Source of the DNA: Gemmatimonadota bacterium
GTDB taxonomy: Bacteria; Gemmatimonadota; Gemmatimonadetes; JACCXV01; JAHWKZ01
Direction of reading: 5' to 3'
NCBI GenBank assembly: GCA_035711625.1
Contig: DASTCA010000037.1
Span: forward strand, 71,074 to 135,073
Length of the DNA: 64,000 nucleotides
Of this stretch, positions 46,795-55,396 are shown in pieces (the stretch's first letter is position 1; each line of letters opens with the position of its first letter). The translations under genes were made by a program, and so were the position numbers. The notes under the pieces were generated by a model. It had not been told where the DNA came from and did no database searches. It worked only from the letters and a program-made list of their open reading frames with translations.

Positions 46795-48509
46795 AGGACA
46801 AACGGGTCCTCATCCTCGGCGGCTGGGGCTTGGTGGGCTCTGCGATCGCGCGGGTGCTCGTGAACGAGGAGCCAGCCGTGATCGCGCTCCATTCCCTGCG
46901 GCGGGCCGAGGCGGAGGACGCCGTCGCATCGGCGGAGGCCGCTTTCCCGGGGACGACGACGCGCTTCCTCCCCGCGTGGGGCAACGTGTTCGTGCGCGTC
47001 GCGCTCAAGGACCGTGACCGCTCGGCGCTCCTCAGAAACCGGGAGACCCGCCGGGCCATCATCGCAGACACGATGGAGGAGCTGTCGGACGCCATCCTCG
47101 AGCGGGCGTATCTCTACGACCTCCTCGTCGAGCAACGGCCCGACGTCGTGATCGACTGCATCAATACCGCCACCGCCTTCGCGTACCAGGACGTCTTCTA
47201 CAGCGTGCGCCGGGTCCAGAAGGCGGTGGCGGAGCTGGACGAGGGCGCGGCGGACGCAGAGGCGCTGCGCGACGTGGTCGAGGACCACCTGACCACGCTC
47301 TCGCTGCCCCAGCTCATCCGGCACGTGCAGATCCTGCGCGAGGGACTGGCGGCGGCGGGCACGACCGCCTACCTGAAGGTCGGGACGACCGGAACGGGAG
47401 GGATGGGGTTGAACATCCCGTACACTCACTCCGAGAAGCGGCCCAGCCGCGTGCTATTGTCCAAGTCCTCGATCGCGGGCGCCCATTCGATGCTCCTGTA
47501 TCTCCTTGCGCGAACCCCCGACGCCCCGATCGTCAAGGAGATCAAGCCCGCCGCGGCGATCGCGTGGAAGCGGATCGGCGCCGGAGCGGTGCTTCGCGGC
47601 GGGCGGCCGATCCGGCTCTACGACTGCCCCCCGGAGCGTGCGACCAGCGTCGAGGCGGCGCTCGACGGGGTGGCGAACGTCTGGTCGGAGCTCGTCGACG
47701 CCGACGGGAAGCCTCGGCTCCTCGAGTCCGTGTTCATCGATACCGGTGAGAACGGGATGTTCTCGTGCGAAGAATTCGAGACCGTCACCGCGCTGGGGCA
47801 GATGGAGTACGTGACGCCGGAGGAGATCGCGGCCGACGCCCTGCTCGAGCTCAAGGGGGGCACGACCGGTCGCGAGGTCGTGGCCGCGCTGGACGGGGCT
47901 ACCCTAGGCCCCACGTACCGAGCGGGAGTGATGCGCCACCGCGCGCTCGAGCGAATGCGTCGCTTGGAGCGGGAGCGCGGCGTGGATTCGGTGGCCTTCG
48001 AGATGCTGGGCCCCCCGCGCCTCTCGAAGCTCCTGTACGAAGCGTATCTGCTCAAGCGAGTGGCGGGTTCGCTGACAGCCATCGCGGCGTCGGATCCGAC
48101 GGAGACGAGCGCGCGCGTCAGCGAGCTGGTGCAGGGTGACGCCGGGCTCCGGGCCAGCGTGCTGTCGATCGGGATTCCGATCTGGCTTCCCGACGGGCGG
48201 ATCCTGCGGGGACCCGAAATGAAGACGCCGCCGTACAAGGAGGAGGCGCGGGCCGAGCTCGACCCGGGAGCGGTCGAGCGATGGGCGGAGGCCGGATGGG
48301 TGGACCTTCGACCGGCGAACATGGCGCGCTGGAAGGATCGCGCGCGACAGATCGTCTCCCGGGTCGAGCGGCACCCGGCCGACGACACCAGCTCCGCCCT
48401 GTTCGAGGATCGGGAATACTGGCGCGTGGACACCGACGTGCCGGTGGGCCGCGTCGCGGCATGGATCCTGGGCGTCGAGGAGCGGGGGCAACGCGGGAAG
48501 GCATCGTGA
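46785..48509 (+). CDS. uncharacterised 574-aa protein with N-terminal Rossmann-like NAD(P)-binding motif
   Basis: The GTG start overlaps the rluB end. KRVLILGGWGLVGSAIA glycine-rich loop, then VVIDCINTA and KVGTTGTGGMGLNIPYTH. No family recognised for the remaining ~400 aa. Confidence 0.7.
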   Translation: MDLKDKRVLILGGWGLVGSAIARVLVNEEPAVIALHSLRRAEAEDAVASAEAAFPGTTTRFLPAWGNVFVRVALKDRDRSALLRNRETRRAIIADTMEELSDAILERAYLYDLLVEQRPDVVIDCINTATAFAYQDVFYSVRRVQKAVAELDEGAADAEALRDVVEDHLTTLSLPQLIRHVQILREGLAAAGTTAYLKVGTTGTGGMGLNIPYTHSEKRPSRVLLSKSSIAGAHSMLLYLLARTPDAPIVKEIKPAAAIAWKRIGAGAVLRGGRPIRLYDCPPERATSVEAALDGVANVWSELVDADGKPRLLESVFIDTGENGMFSCEEFETVTALGQMEYVTPEEIAADALLELKGGTTGREVVAALDGATLGPTYRAGVMRHRALERMRRLERERGVDSVAFEMLGPPRLSKLLYEAYLLKRVAGSLTAIAASDPTETSARVSELVQGDAGLRASVLSIGIPIWLPDGRILRGPEMKTPPYKEEARAELDPGAVERWAEAGWVDLRPANMARWKDRARQIVSRVERHPADDTSSALFEDREYWRVDTDVPVGRVAAWILGVEERGQRGKAS

Positions 48510-49108
48510 AGGTGGCGGAACTGAGAGAGAGCGGCGAGGCCTCGCAGAGTCCGGAAGCTCAACGCGTCACGGAGCTCGTGCGGCGTGCCCAGCGGGGGAG
48601 CGAGCGCGATTTCCGCGACCTCATGTCCGCCTATCTGGGCGCGTTCTACGGGCTCGCGCGGCGCTATTGCGGCTCGCACGAAGACGCCGACGACGTGCTC
48701 CAGGAGGCGTTCGTGAAGGTGTTCCAGAACCTGGGCGGCCTGTCCCGGCCGGAGGCCTTCTTCCCCTGGGCGCGGCGGATCCTGATCAACACGGCACTCG
48801 ACCACATCCGCCGCCGGCGGCGCGGCCAGGAGTTCGAGGTCGAAGTCGAAAACCTCGAGGAGACGCCACACGAGGAGGGCACCGAGGCCCCGGATCGGCG
48901 GGTGGAGCAGCGGGAATTCTTCCGGCGGCTGGAGCGCGTTCTGGACCGCCTGCCACCGCGGCAGAGGGAGATCGTGGTCCTCCACGACGTCGACGGGCTC
49001 TCGACCGAAGAGATCGCCAACCTGTGCCAGTGCCCTCCTGCGACGGTCCGCTCGAACCTCTTCTACGGCCGGGAGAAGCTACGCAAGCTCCTCTCGGAGG
49101 GCGGGTGA
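48506..49108 (+). CDS. ECF (group IV) sigma-70 family RNA polymerase sigma factor
   Basis: GTGA overlap with the upstream gene. Region 2 DADDVLQEAFVKVF..FFPWARRILINTALDHIRRR. Region 4 LPPRQREIVVLHDVDGLSTEEIANLCQCPPATVRSNLFYGREKLR. Confidence 0.9.
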   Translation: MKVAELRESGEASQSPEAQRVTELVRRAQRGSERDFRDLMSAYLGAFYGLARRYCGSHEDADDVLQEAFVKVFQNLGGLSRPEAFFPWARRILINTALDHIRRRRRGQEFEVEVENLEETPHEEGTEAPDRRVEQREFFRRLERVLDRLPPRQREIVVLHDVDGLSTEEIANLCQCPPATVRSNLFYGREKLRKLLSEGG

Positions 49109-49116
49109 GCGGGGGA

Positions 49117-49146
49117 TTGAACATTTTGGAGCGTAAATCGTCTTCT
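49117..49146 (+). promoter_or_regulatory. ECF-type promoter-like motif (TGAAC-N16-CGTCT)
   Basis: TTGAAC at 49117-49122, a 16-nt spacer, then CGTCTTCTAA from 49139. Lies in the 64-bp gap between the sigma and anti-sigma genes, about 30 nt upstream of the anti-sigma ATG. Confidence 0.35.
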
Positions 49147-49172
49147 AACCGGATCTTGGAGGGTCCGAGCGG

Positions 49173-49724
49173 ATGAACGTGTCCGAACACCTCAGCGAGC
49201 AGCGGGTCTACGACCTCGTGGACGGCCGGCTCGACATGGCGGCGGAAAGTGCCGCGCAGGCGCATCTCCTGCGATGCGAACGCTGCCGCATGCTCGAGCG
49301 CGAGTGTGCCGGCGTGGTGGAATCCCTGCGCTGGTACGGATCCGAGCCGGTCGAGGCGCCGGCGGGGTACTGGGCGGAGTTCTGGGACCGCTGGTCGGCC
49401 CGAAAGGCGGCCTCGGACGCCACCCCCTTCGATTCTTCGCCCATTCCGCTCCGGACGGCTCCGCGCCGGGGAGGAGTGCGGCTGGCCCCGGTCCTGGCCA
49501 TGGCCGCCGCGCTGGCCCTGCTGGTCGGGCTCTGGTGGACGGACCGTCCCGCGCCGGGCCCGACCACCACGGCGTCCGTTTCCGCCCCCCCGCTCCGCGA
49601 GGCGATGGCGAACGCGGGCTGGGCCGACGACTACGCCCGCTTCGAGCGCATGTCAGTGGCGGTCGGCGGGATCGATCCGGTCTCCAAGGGCATCGTACTG
49701 GCGAGCCTGGCCGAACAGCCTTGA
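49173..49724 (+). CDS. membrane-anchored zinc-binding (ZAS-type) anti-sigma factor
   Basis: Hx3Cx2C motif AHLLRCERC, central TM LAPVLAMAAALALLVGLWW, and position directly after the ECF sigma gene. Confidence 0.78.
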   Translation: MNVSEHLSEQRVYDLVDGRLDMAAESAAQAHLLRCERCRMLERECAGVVESLRWYGSEPVEAPAGYWAEFWDRWSARKAASDATPFDSSPIPLRTAPRRGGVRLAPVLAMAAALALLVGLWWTDRPAPGPTTTASVSAPPLREAMANAGWADDYARFERMSVAVGGIDPVSKGIVLASLAEQP

Positions 49725-50572
49725 CCCCCATCCGTCGCTTCGTCCTGGCCCTCGCGCTGGCGCCGGTCGTGGCCTGCGGCGGGGGAGGCGCTCCGTCCGA
49801 GGTCCGGCTGCGGTTCGAGTACGCGGAAGGGGACACGCTCGTCTACCGCTATCATACCGAGGGCACGGTCAGCGTGCCGGACACCAGCCAGCCATCGGGT
49901 CGCGCCTCCTATCCCTATGAGCGGAATATCACGGTGGAAGAGGCGGTACTGGACGTGACCGCGAGCGGGAATTACTTGCTCGCCTGGAACTTCCACGTGC
50001 CCCCCGAGGCGACGGCTTCCGACTCGGGCACGCCCGCACCACCCCAGCAGGTGCAGCTCACGATCGAGATCACGCCCCAGGGGAGGATTCTCTCGATCGG
50101 GGGCGTCGAGACTGCGAGGCCACTGTTTGGCGAGATCGACTTCCAGTCGTACTTCGAGCAGACTCAGCCGGTGTTCCCCGATCGCGCGCTCAAGGTGGGG
50201 GATAGCTGGACTCAGGAGGTCAAAGTCCTTTCGCCGAGCTCGGAGCCGGTGGTCACGACCTCGACGTACGTCCTCGAGCGCCTCGTCGAGGAGGAGGGCG
50301 CGCAGCTGGCCGTGATCGCCTTCGACGGAGACATCTACCTCCCGTTCCCTCATCCTCCCGCGGGAGGCGATTCGACCGGCGCGGCGATGACCTCGGAGGA
50401 GCGGATCCGCGTCAACGGCGAGATGTTCTTCGCCTTCCAAACCGGACGCGTCCTGCGCGTCGTGACCAACGCCGACGCGACCCTGACGAAGGTCGAGATC
50501 GAGGACGGTCAGCCGGTCAGACGCGAGGCCCAGTTCCGCGAAACCACCCGCTACGAGATCGAGGATCCCTAG
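49721..50572 (+). CDS. lipoprotein of unknown function
   Basis: TTG overlaps the anti-sigma stop (TTGA). Lipobox LALAPVVAC. The rest is beta-rich, and no family was recognised. Confidence 0.65.
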   Translation: MTPIRRFVLALALAPVVACGGGGAPSEVRLRFEYAEGDTLVYRYHTEGTVSVPDTSQPSGRASYPYERNITVEEAVLDVTASGNYLLAWNFHVPPEATASDSGTPAPPQQVQLTIEITPQGRILSIGGVETARPLFGEIDFQSYFEQTQPVFPDRALKVGDSWTQEVKVLSPSSEPVVTTSTYVLERLVEEEGAQLAVIAFDGDIYLPFPHPPAGGDSTGAAMTSEERIRVNGEMFFAFQTGRVLRVVTNADATLTKVEIEDGQPVRREAQFRETTRYEIEDP

Positions 50573-50607
50573 TCGATCTTGCGAACCAGCGGCCGGTTGC
50601 CGACCTT

Positions 50608-51750
50608 GTGTCGGTGCGCCGGCTACGTTCGACCCTCACCGTAATCGCATTCGCGGCTCTCGCGGGCTGCGCCACCGCGGGCTCTACGCCCGGGCTCGGC
50701 GAGAGACTGCCCGAGCCCCGGTCGGTGTTCGAAGATCCCCACATCCTGTCCGACCAGGCCGTGTTCGGGCGTCACGTTGCGCTTTCCGCGGAAGTCCGCG
50801 TCGTCGCCGCGGCCGAGTCCGAGGAGGCATCGGAGCGCGCCCTTGCCGCCGCCTTCGCGGCCGCCGACTCCCTCGCCAAGCTCGTAGTCCCCAACGTCGA
50901 GACGAGCGAGATCCGGGCTATCAACGAGGCCGCGGGGAAGAGTCCCGTCCGCGTGAGCCCCTGGACCGAGCGCATCGTCCTGGCGACCATCCGGTGGGCG
51001 GATCGCACGGGCGGCGCGTTCGATCCGACGATCGGACCGCTGGCCGAACTCTGGGGGTTCGGAGTCGAGGTTTCGCGGGCGCCGACGGACGCGGAGATCC
51101 GGCAGGCGCTTGCGCGAATCGGCTACTCGAAGGTCGAAGTAGACCCGGAGGCGCACACGATCTTCCTCCCCGCCGAGGGGATGCGGCTGGACGTCCGCGG
51201 GGCGGCGAAGGGGTTCGCCCTCGACCGGATGAAGGAGGCGATGCTGGAGGCCGGCGCGACGTCGGGAATCATCGACTTCGCCGGCGAGATGCTGTTCTTC
51301 GGGCCGGGACCGGAAGACGGCCTCTGGCCGATCGTGCTGACCGATCCCTACGATCCGTCGCGGAACTTCGCTTACCTCCTCCTGCCGCCCGGAAGTCTGG
51401 CGACGTCGTCGTTCTACGATCGCTCGGTCGAGATCGCCGGCCGGCGCTACGGCCACGTGATCGATCCCCGGACCGGTCAGCCGATCGCGGGCATGGCGAG
51501 CGCCACCGTGTACACGAACGAAGGCGTTGTCGCCGACATCCTCGCCACGGGGCTGTTCGTGGTCAGCTGCAAGGACGGGCCACGCTGCACCGAGGCGGCC
51601 ACCATCGTGGAGCGGTATCCCGAGCTCAGCGCGATCATCGTTCCCGAACCTCCCCCTGGCGACAACGCGCAGGTGACGGTGACCACCGGCCTGCGACCCC
51701 ACGTTATCCGCCTCCAGCGCCCCTTCCGTCCAACGGCGGAGCCGGACTGA
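50608..51750 (+). CDS. apbE: FAD:protein FMN transferase (ApbE family) lipoprotein
   Basis: Lipobox FAALAGC. FDPTIGPL..LWGF, GAAKGFALD and HVIDPRTG motifs. Confidence 0.88.
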   Translation: MSVRRLRSTLTVIAFAALAGCATAGSTPGLGERLPEPRSVFEDPHILSDQAVFGRHVALSAEVRVVAAAESEEASERALAAAFAAADSLAKLVVPNVETSEIRAINEAAGKSPVRVSPWTERIVLATIRWADRTGGAFDPTIGPLAELWGFGVEVSRAPTDAEIRQALARIGYSKVEVDPEAHTIFLPAEGMRLDVRGAAKGFALDRMKEAMLEAGATSGIIDFAGEMLFFGPGPEDGLWPIVLTDPYDPSRNFAYLLLPPGSLATSSFYDRSVEIAGRRYGHVIDPRTGQPIAGMASATVYTNEGVVADILATGLFVVSCKDGPRCTEAATIVERYPELSAIIVPEPPPGDNAQVTVTTGLRPHVIRLQRPFRPTAEPD

Positions 51751-51757
51751 GGCGGAC

Positions 51758-52744
51758 GTGAGTCTCAGGGTCCTCTACCTCTCACGGGGTGAGCGGGTCC
51801 CCGAGACGCTCGAGGGCTTTCTCGAAGGCCTGCCGGGCAGTCTGCTCAATCGGTGCGAGACGCCTGCGGCCGTCGAACAGGCGCTCGACCGGGGGATAGT
51901 CGAGCTCCTACTGATCGACGCCGACAGGGGATTCGAGTCCTCCGCGGAGCTCTGCGCCCGGCTGAAGGCCGATCCCTTCAACTCCGTCGTACCGATCGTG
52001 TTCGTCTCGCGGGAACATCGCATCGACGAGATCGCCGCCGCGTTCGAGCGCGGAGCGGACGAATTCCTGAGCGGGACGCAGACCGGGCGCGAGCAGGAGT
52101 TGAGGTTGAGGATGGTGCTGGAACGGGCGGCCCGAGACGTGGCGGTCAACCCCACGACCATGCTGCCGGGAACCAAAATCATTCAGCACGACATCCAGCG
52201 GCGGATCGCCGGCGGCGAGCTGTTTGCGGTGTGCTACGCGGACATAGACTCGTTCAAGGAGTTCAACGACAAGCATTCGTATCATCGCGGCGATCGGGTA
52301 ATCTGGATCGTATCGGGCATCCTTCGCGACATCGTGCGCCGCCTGTCTCATAACGGATTCGTAGGCCACGTCGGCGGCGACGACTTCATCTTCACGTTGC
52401 CGGTCGAGGACCTGGAGGTCGTCTCGCGCGCGATCATCGATACCTTCGACACTCTCATGCCGCTCCAGTACTCGCGCGAGGACCGAGCCCGGGGCCATTA
52501 CTTGGCGGAAGACCGGCAGGGAACTGTGCGAGAAACGCCGCTGATGTCGATCTCGATCGGCTGCGTAACGAACGTCCATCGGCGGTTTACGCACCCGGCG
52601 CGCGTCAGCGAGCTCGCGAACGAAATGAAGAGCTACGCCAAGACGTTTCCCGGATCGATCTTCGTAGTCGACCGGCGACGGGACGAGCGGTCGGCGAGAG
52701 CCGCGGTTGCGGAAGCCAAGGCCGGGGAGCGCGACGCTCGCTGA
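51758..52744 (+). CDS. receiver-like domain fused to a GGDEF-family cyclase domain (GGDDF variant)
   Basis: N-terminal REC-like fold (LLLIDAD..PIVFVS..GADEFL). C-terminal ADIDSFKEFNDKHSYHRGD and GHVGGDDFIF. Confidence 0.8.
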   Translation: MSLRVLYLSRGERVPETLEGFLEGLPGSLLNRCETPAAVEQALDRGIVELLLIDADRGFESSAELCARLKADPFNSVVPIVFVSREHRIDEIAAAFERGADEFLSGTQTGREQELRLRMVLERAARDVAVNPTTMLPGTKIIQHDIQRRIAGGELFAVCYADIDSFKEFNDKHSYHRGDRVIWIVSGILRDIVRRLSHNGFVGHVGGDDFIFTLPVEDLEVVSRAIIDTFDTLMPLQYSREDRARGHYLAEDRQGTVRETPLMSISIGCVTNVHRRFTHPARVSELANEMKSYAKTFPGSIFVVDRRRDERSARAAVAEAKAGERDAR

Positions 52745-52764
52745 GCCGCTATCTTTCCCGCGGC

Positions 52765-53890
52765 ATGACCGAAGCCCGTGAATACCGCCGACAACTAAGC
52801 GACCTGGAGGAGAGGCTCGATCTCCTCGGGAGCTATCTTTGACCTCGCCACCCGGCGTGAGCGGATAGCCGCGCTCCAGTCCCGCTCGGCCGCGCCGGAC
52901 TTCTGGAACGACAACGAGCGCGCGCGCTCGGTCCTCACGGAACTCAGCCAGCATCAGCAGTGGGTGGAAGGCTACGACGCCTTGAAGGGCGAGTTGCGCG
53001 ACGCTCACGAAATGGTCGAGCTCCTCGAGAGCGGCGACGAGGCGATCGAGGCGGAGTTCAGCGCGCTGGTCGCGGGATTGACGGAGCGGGTCGAACGGTT
53101 CGAGTTCCGGGGTATGTTGCGCGATGTCGACGACTTTCGCGGCGCGATTCTCACGATCCATCCCGGCGCGGGCGGCACCGAGAGCCAGGACTGGGCAATG
53201 ATGCTACTGCGGATGTACACGAAGTGGATGGAACGGAACGACTACAAGTATCAGGTCGTCGATATTGCCGAAGGAGAGGAGGGCGGAATCACGCGCGCCA
53301 CCGTCGAAGTGGAGGGCGATTATTCCTTCGGATACTTGAAGGCCGAGAAGGGCGTGCACCGACTCGTGCGCATAAGCCCGTTCGACGCCAACGCACGCCG
53401 GCATACCTCGTTCGCGTCGGTCTTCGTGTATCCGGACATCGCCGACGAGATCACGGTCGAGATTCTGGACAAGGACCTGAAGGTCGACACGTACCGCGCG
53501 AGCGGCGCGGGAGGCCAGCACGTGAACAAGACGGACTCCGCCGTCCGGATTACCCACCTGCCGACCGGCATCGTCGTGCAGAGCCAGGCCGAGCGCAGCC
53601 AGCATCGAAACCGGGAAACGGCTATGCGACTGCTCAAGGCTCGGCTCTACCAGTACCTCAAGGCCGAGCGGGAGAAGTCCCGCGAGGAGCTCGAGGCGGA
53701 GAAGAAGGAGATCGCTTTCGGGAGCCAGATCCGCTCCTACGTCCTGCACCCCTACACCCTCGTCAAGGACCACCGCACGGGCTGGGAAACCTCGGACGTG
53801 GAAGGGGTGCTGGAGGGCGAGATCACCCCGTTCATGGAGGAGTACCTCCGGCAAACGGCCGGCGAACGGTCGGAGTCCTCGGGACGATAG
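52765..53890 (+). CDS. prfB: peptide chain release factor 2 (requires +1 frameshift at 52840)
   Basis: Frame 0 runs from ATG 52765 for 25 codons (MTEAREYRRQLSDLEERLDLLGSYL), then TGA. The +1 frame from 52841 joins track ORF 52964..53890, which has SPF (RISPFDA) and the GGQ motif (SGAGGQHVNKTDSAVR). Confidence 0.9.
52828..52843 (+). promoter_or_regulatory. prfB programmed +1 frameshift signal
   Basis: GGGAG (SD-like), then C TAT CTT TGA C. The in-frame TGA at 52840-52842 follows the slippery CTT, and the +1 frame continues as GAC CTC GCC. Confidence 0.85.
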
Positions 53891-53893
53891 CCG

Positions 53894-55396
53894 ATGGGCT
53901 CCGAGACGGATCCGCAGAGCGTCCGGCGGGAGAAGCTGGCGACGCTCGAGGAGCGGGGGGTCGATCCCTACCCCGCGAGCTGGCGCGTGGACGACACGGC
54001 CGCGGATCTCCTCGCGGGCTTCCGCGACGAAGGCCCGCCGCACGCCGCGCGTGTGGGTGGTCGGGTGGTCTCGATGCGCTCGCATGGGAAGACGGCGTTC
54101 CTGCACATCGCGGACGGCAGCGGCCGGATCCAGGTCTACCTGCGCCGCGACGAGCTGGGGGATGAGGCCTACTCTCTCGTCGATCACATCGATCTCGGGG
54201 ATTTCGTGGGCGTCGCCGGCGAGCTCTTCCGCACCCGAACGGGCGAGGTGACTGTCCGCGCGCGGGAGGTCGCGATCCTGGCTAAGGCGCTGAGGCCGCT
54301 CCCGCTCGGGAAGGTCGTCGAGGACGGGGGGGAAGCGCGCGCCTACCACCAGGTGAGCGACCAGGAGTTTCGCTACCGGCAACGGTACGCCGATCTCGCC
54401 GTCCACCCCGAGACCCGCAAGGTATTCGAAGCGCGGGCCCGGGTGATCCGCTACCTCCGGAACTTCCTCGACGCGCGCGGGTTCCTGGAGGTCGAGACGC
54501 CGGCGCTGCAACCCGTCTACGGAGGCGCGGCCGCGCGGCCGTTCACGACCCATCACAACGCGCTCGACTCGACCCTCTATCTGCGGATCGCCGACGAGCT
54601 GTACCTGAAGCGCTGTGTGGTGGGCGGGATCGATCGCGTGTACGAGATCGCGAAGGACTTCCGCAACGAGGGGATGGACCGGTTCCATAATCCGGAGTTC
54701 ACGATGCTCGAGTTCTACCAGGCCTATGCGGACTATCGGGACTTCATGGAGCTCGCGGAGGAGATGCTGGTCGGCCTCGTTGCGGAGCTGCATGGGGGGA
54801 CCGCGCTGAGCTTCCAGGGCCGCAGCGTGGACGTCCGCCGGCCGTGGCCCCGGATCCGGTTCCTGGACGCGCTCGCAGCCGAGGGGGTCGACGTGTCGGA
54901 CCTGTCACGCCCCGCGCTGGCCAGCGAGGCGGCGCGGTTCGGCCTGGAGATCACGCCGGATGAGGGCGCCGGCAAGATCCTGGACGGTCTGTTCGGCCGG
55001 CTGGTCGAGCCCGCCCTCGCCGGCCCCGCGTTCGTCGTCGACCACCCGGCGGTGCTCTCGCCGCTCGCCAAGGCGCATCGCGACGACCCGCGTCTGGTCG
55101 AGCGGTTCGAGGCGTATCTCTTCGGATCGGAATGGGCGAACGCATTCAGCGAGCTCAATGACCCGCGCGACCAGCGCGCACGGCTCGAGGCCCAGGTCCG
55201 GCAGGCGGCGGACGGCGACGAGGAGGCCCCGAACGTCGTGGACGAAGACTTCCTGCGCGCGCTCGAGTACGGGATGCCGCCCACTGCCGGGATGGGCGTC
55301 GGCGTCGACCGGCTCGTGATGTTCCTTACCGACCAGCCATCGATCCGCGACGTGATCCTCTTCCCGACACTTCGGCCGGAAGGGAGCGCCACATGA
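53894..55396 (+). CDS. lysS: lysyl-tRNA synthetase (class II)
   Basis: OB-fold N-domain (GRVVSMRSHGKTAFLHIADGSGRIQVY). Class II motifs FLEVETP, FRNEG..RFHNPEFTMLEFYQAY, GMGVGVDRLVM. Confidence 0.93.
   Translation: MGSETDPQSVRREKLATLEERGVDPYPASWRVDDTAADLLAGFRDEGPPHAARVGGRVVSMRSHGKTAFLHIADGSGRIQVYLRRDELGDEAYSLVDHIDLGDFVGVAGELFRTRTGEVTVRAREVAILAKALRPLPLGKVVEDGGEARAYHQVSDQEFRYRQRYADLAVHPETRKVFEARARVIRYLRNFLDARGFLEVETPALQPVYGGAAARPFTTHHNALDSTLYLRIADELYLKRCVVGGIDRVYEIAKDFRNEGMDRFHNPEFTMLEFYQAYADYRDFMELAEEMLVGLVAELHGGTALSFQGRSVDVRRPWPRIRFLDALAAEGVDVSDLSRPALASEAARFGLEITPDEGAGKILDGLFGRLVEPALAGPAFVVDHPAVLSPLAKAHRDDPRLVERFEAYLFGSEWANAFSELNDPRDQRARLEAQVRQAADGDEEAPNVVDEDFLRALEYGMPPTAGMGVGVDRLVMFLTDQPSIRDVILFPTLRPEGSAT

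Noticed and set aside
50369-50386. Possible ApbE flavinylation target motif in the lipoprotein upstream of apbE (DSTGAA)
   Set aside because: Known ApbE acceptor sites end in Ser or Thr (SGAT/TGAT-like, with the FMN on the last residue). This site reads D-S-T-G-A-A, with Ala at the acceptor position, so it is unlikely to be flavinylated.
52265-52294. Hypr-GGDEF (cGAMP-producing) signature in the GGDEF protein
   Set aside because: Hypr-GGDEF enzymes replace the guanine-specifying Asp of the ..G-D motif with Ser. Here the segment is NDKHSYHRGD, with the canonical Asn and Asp.
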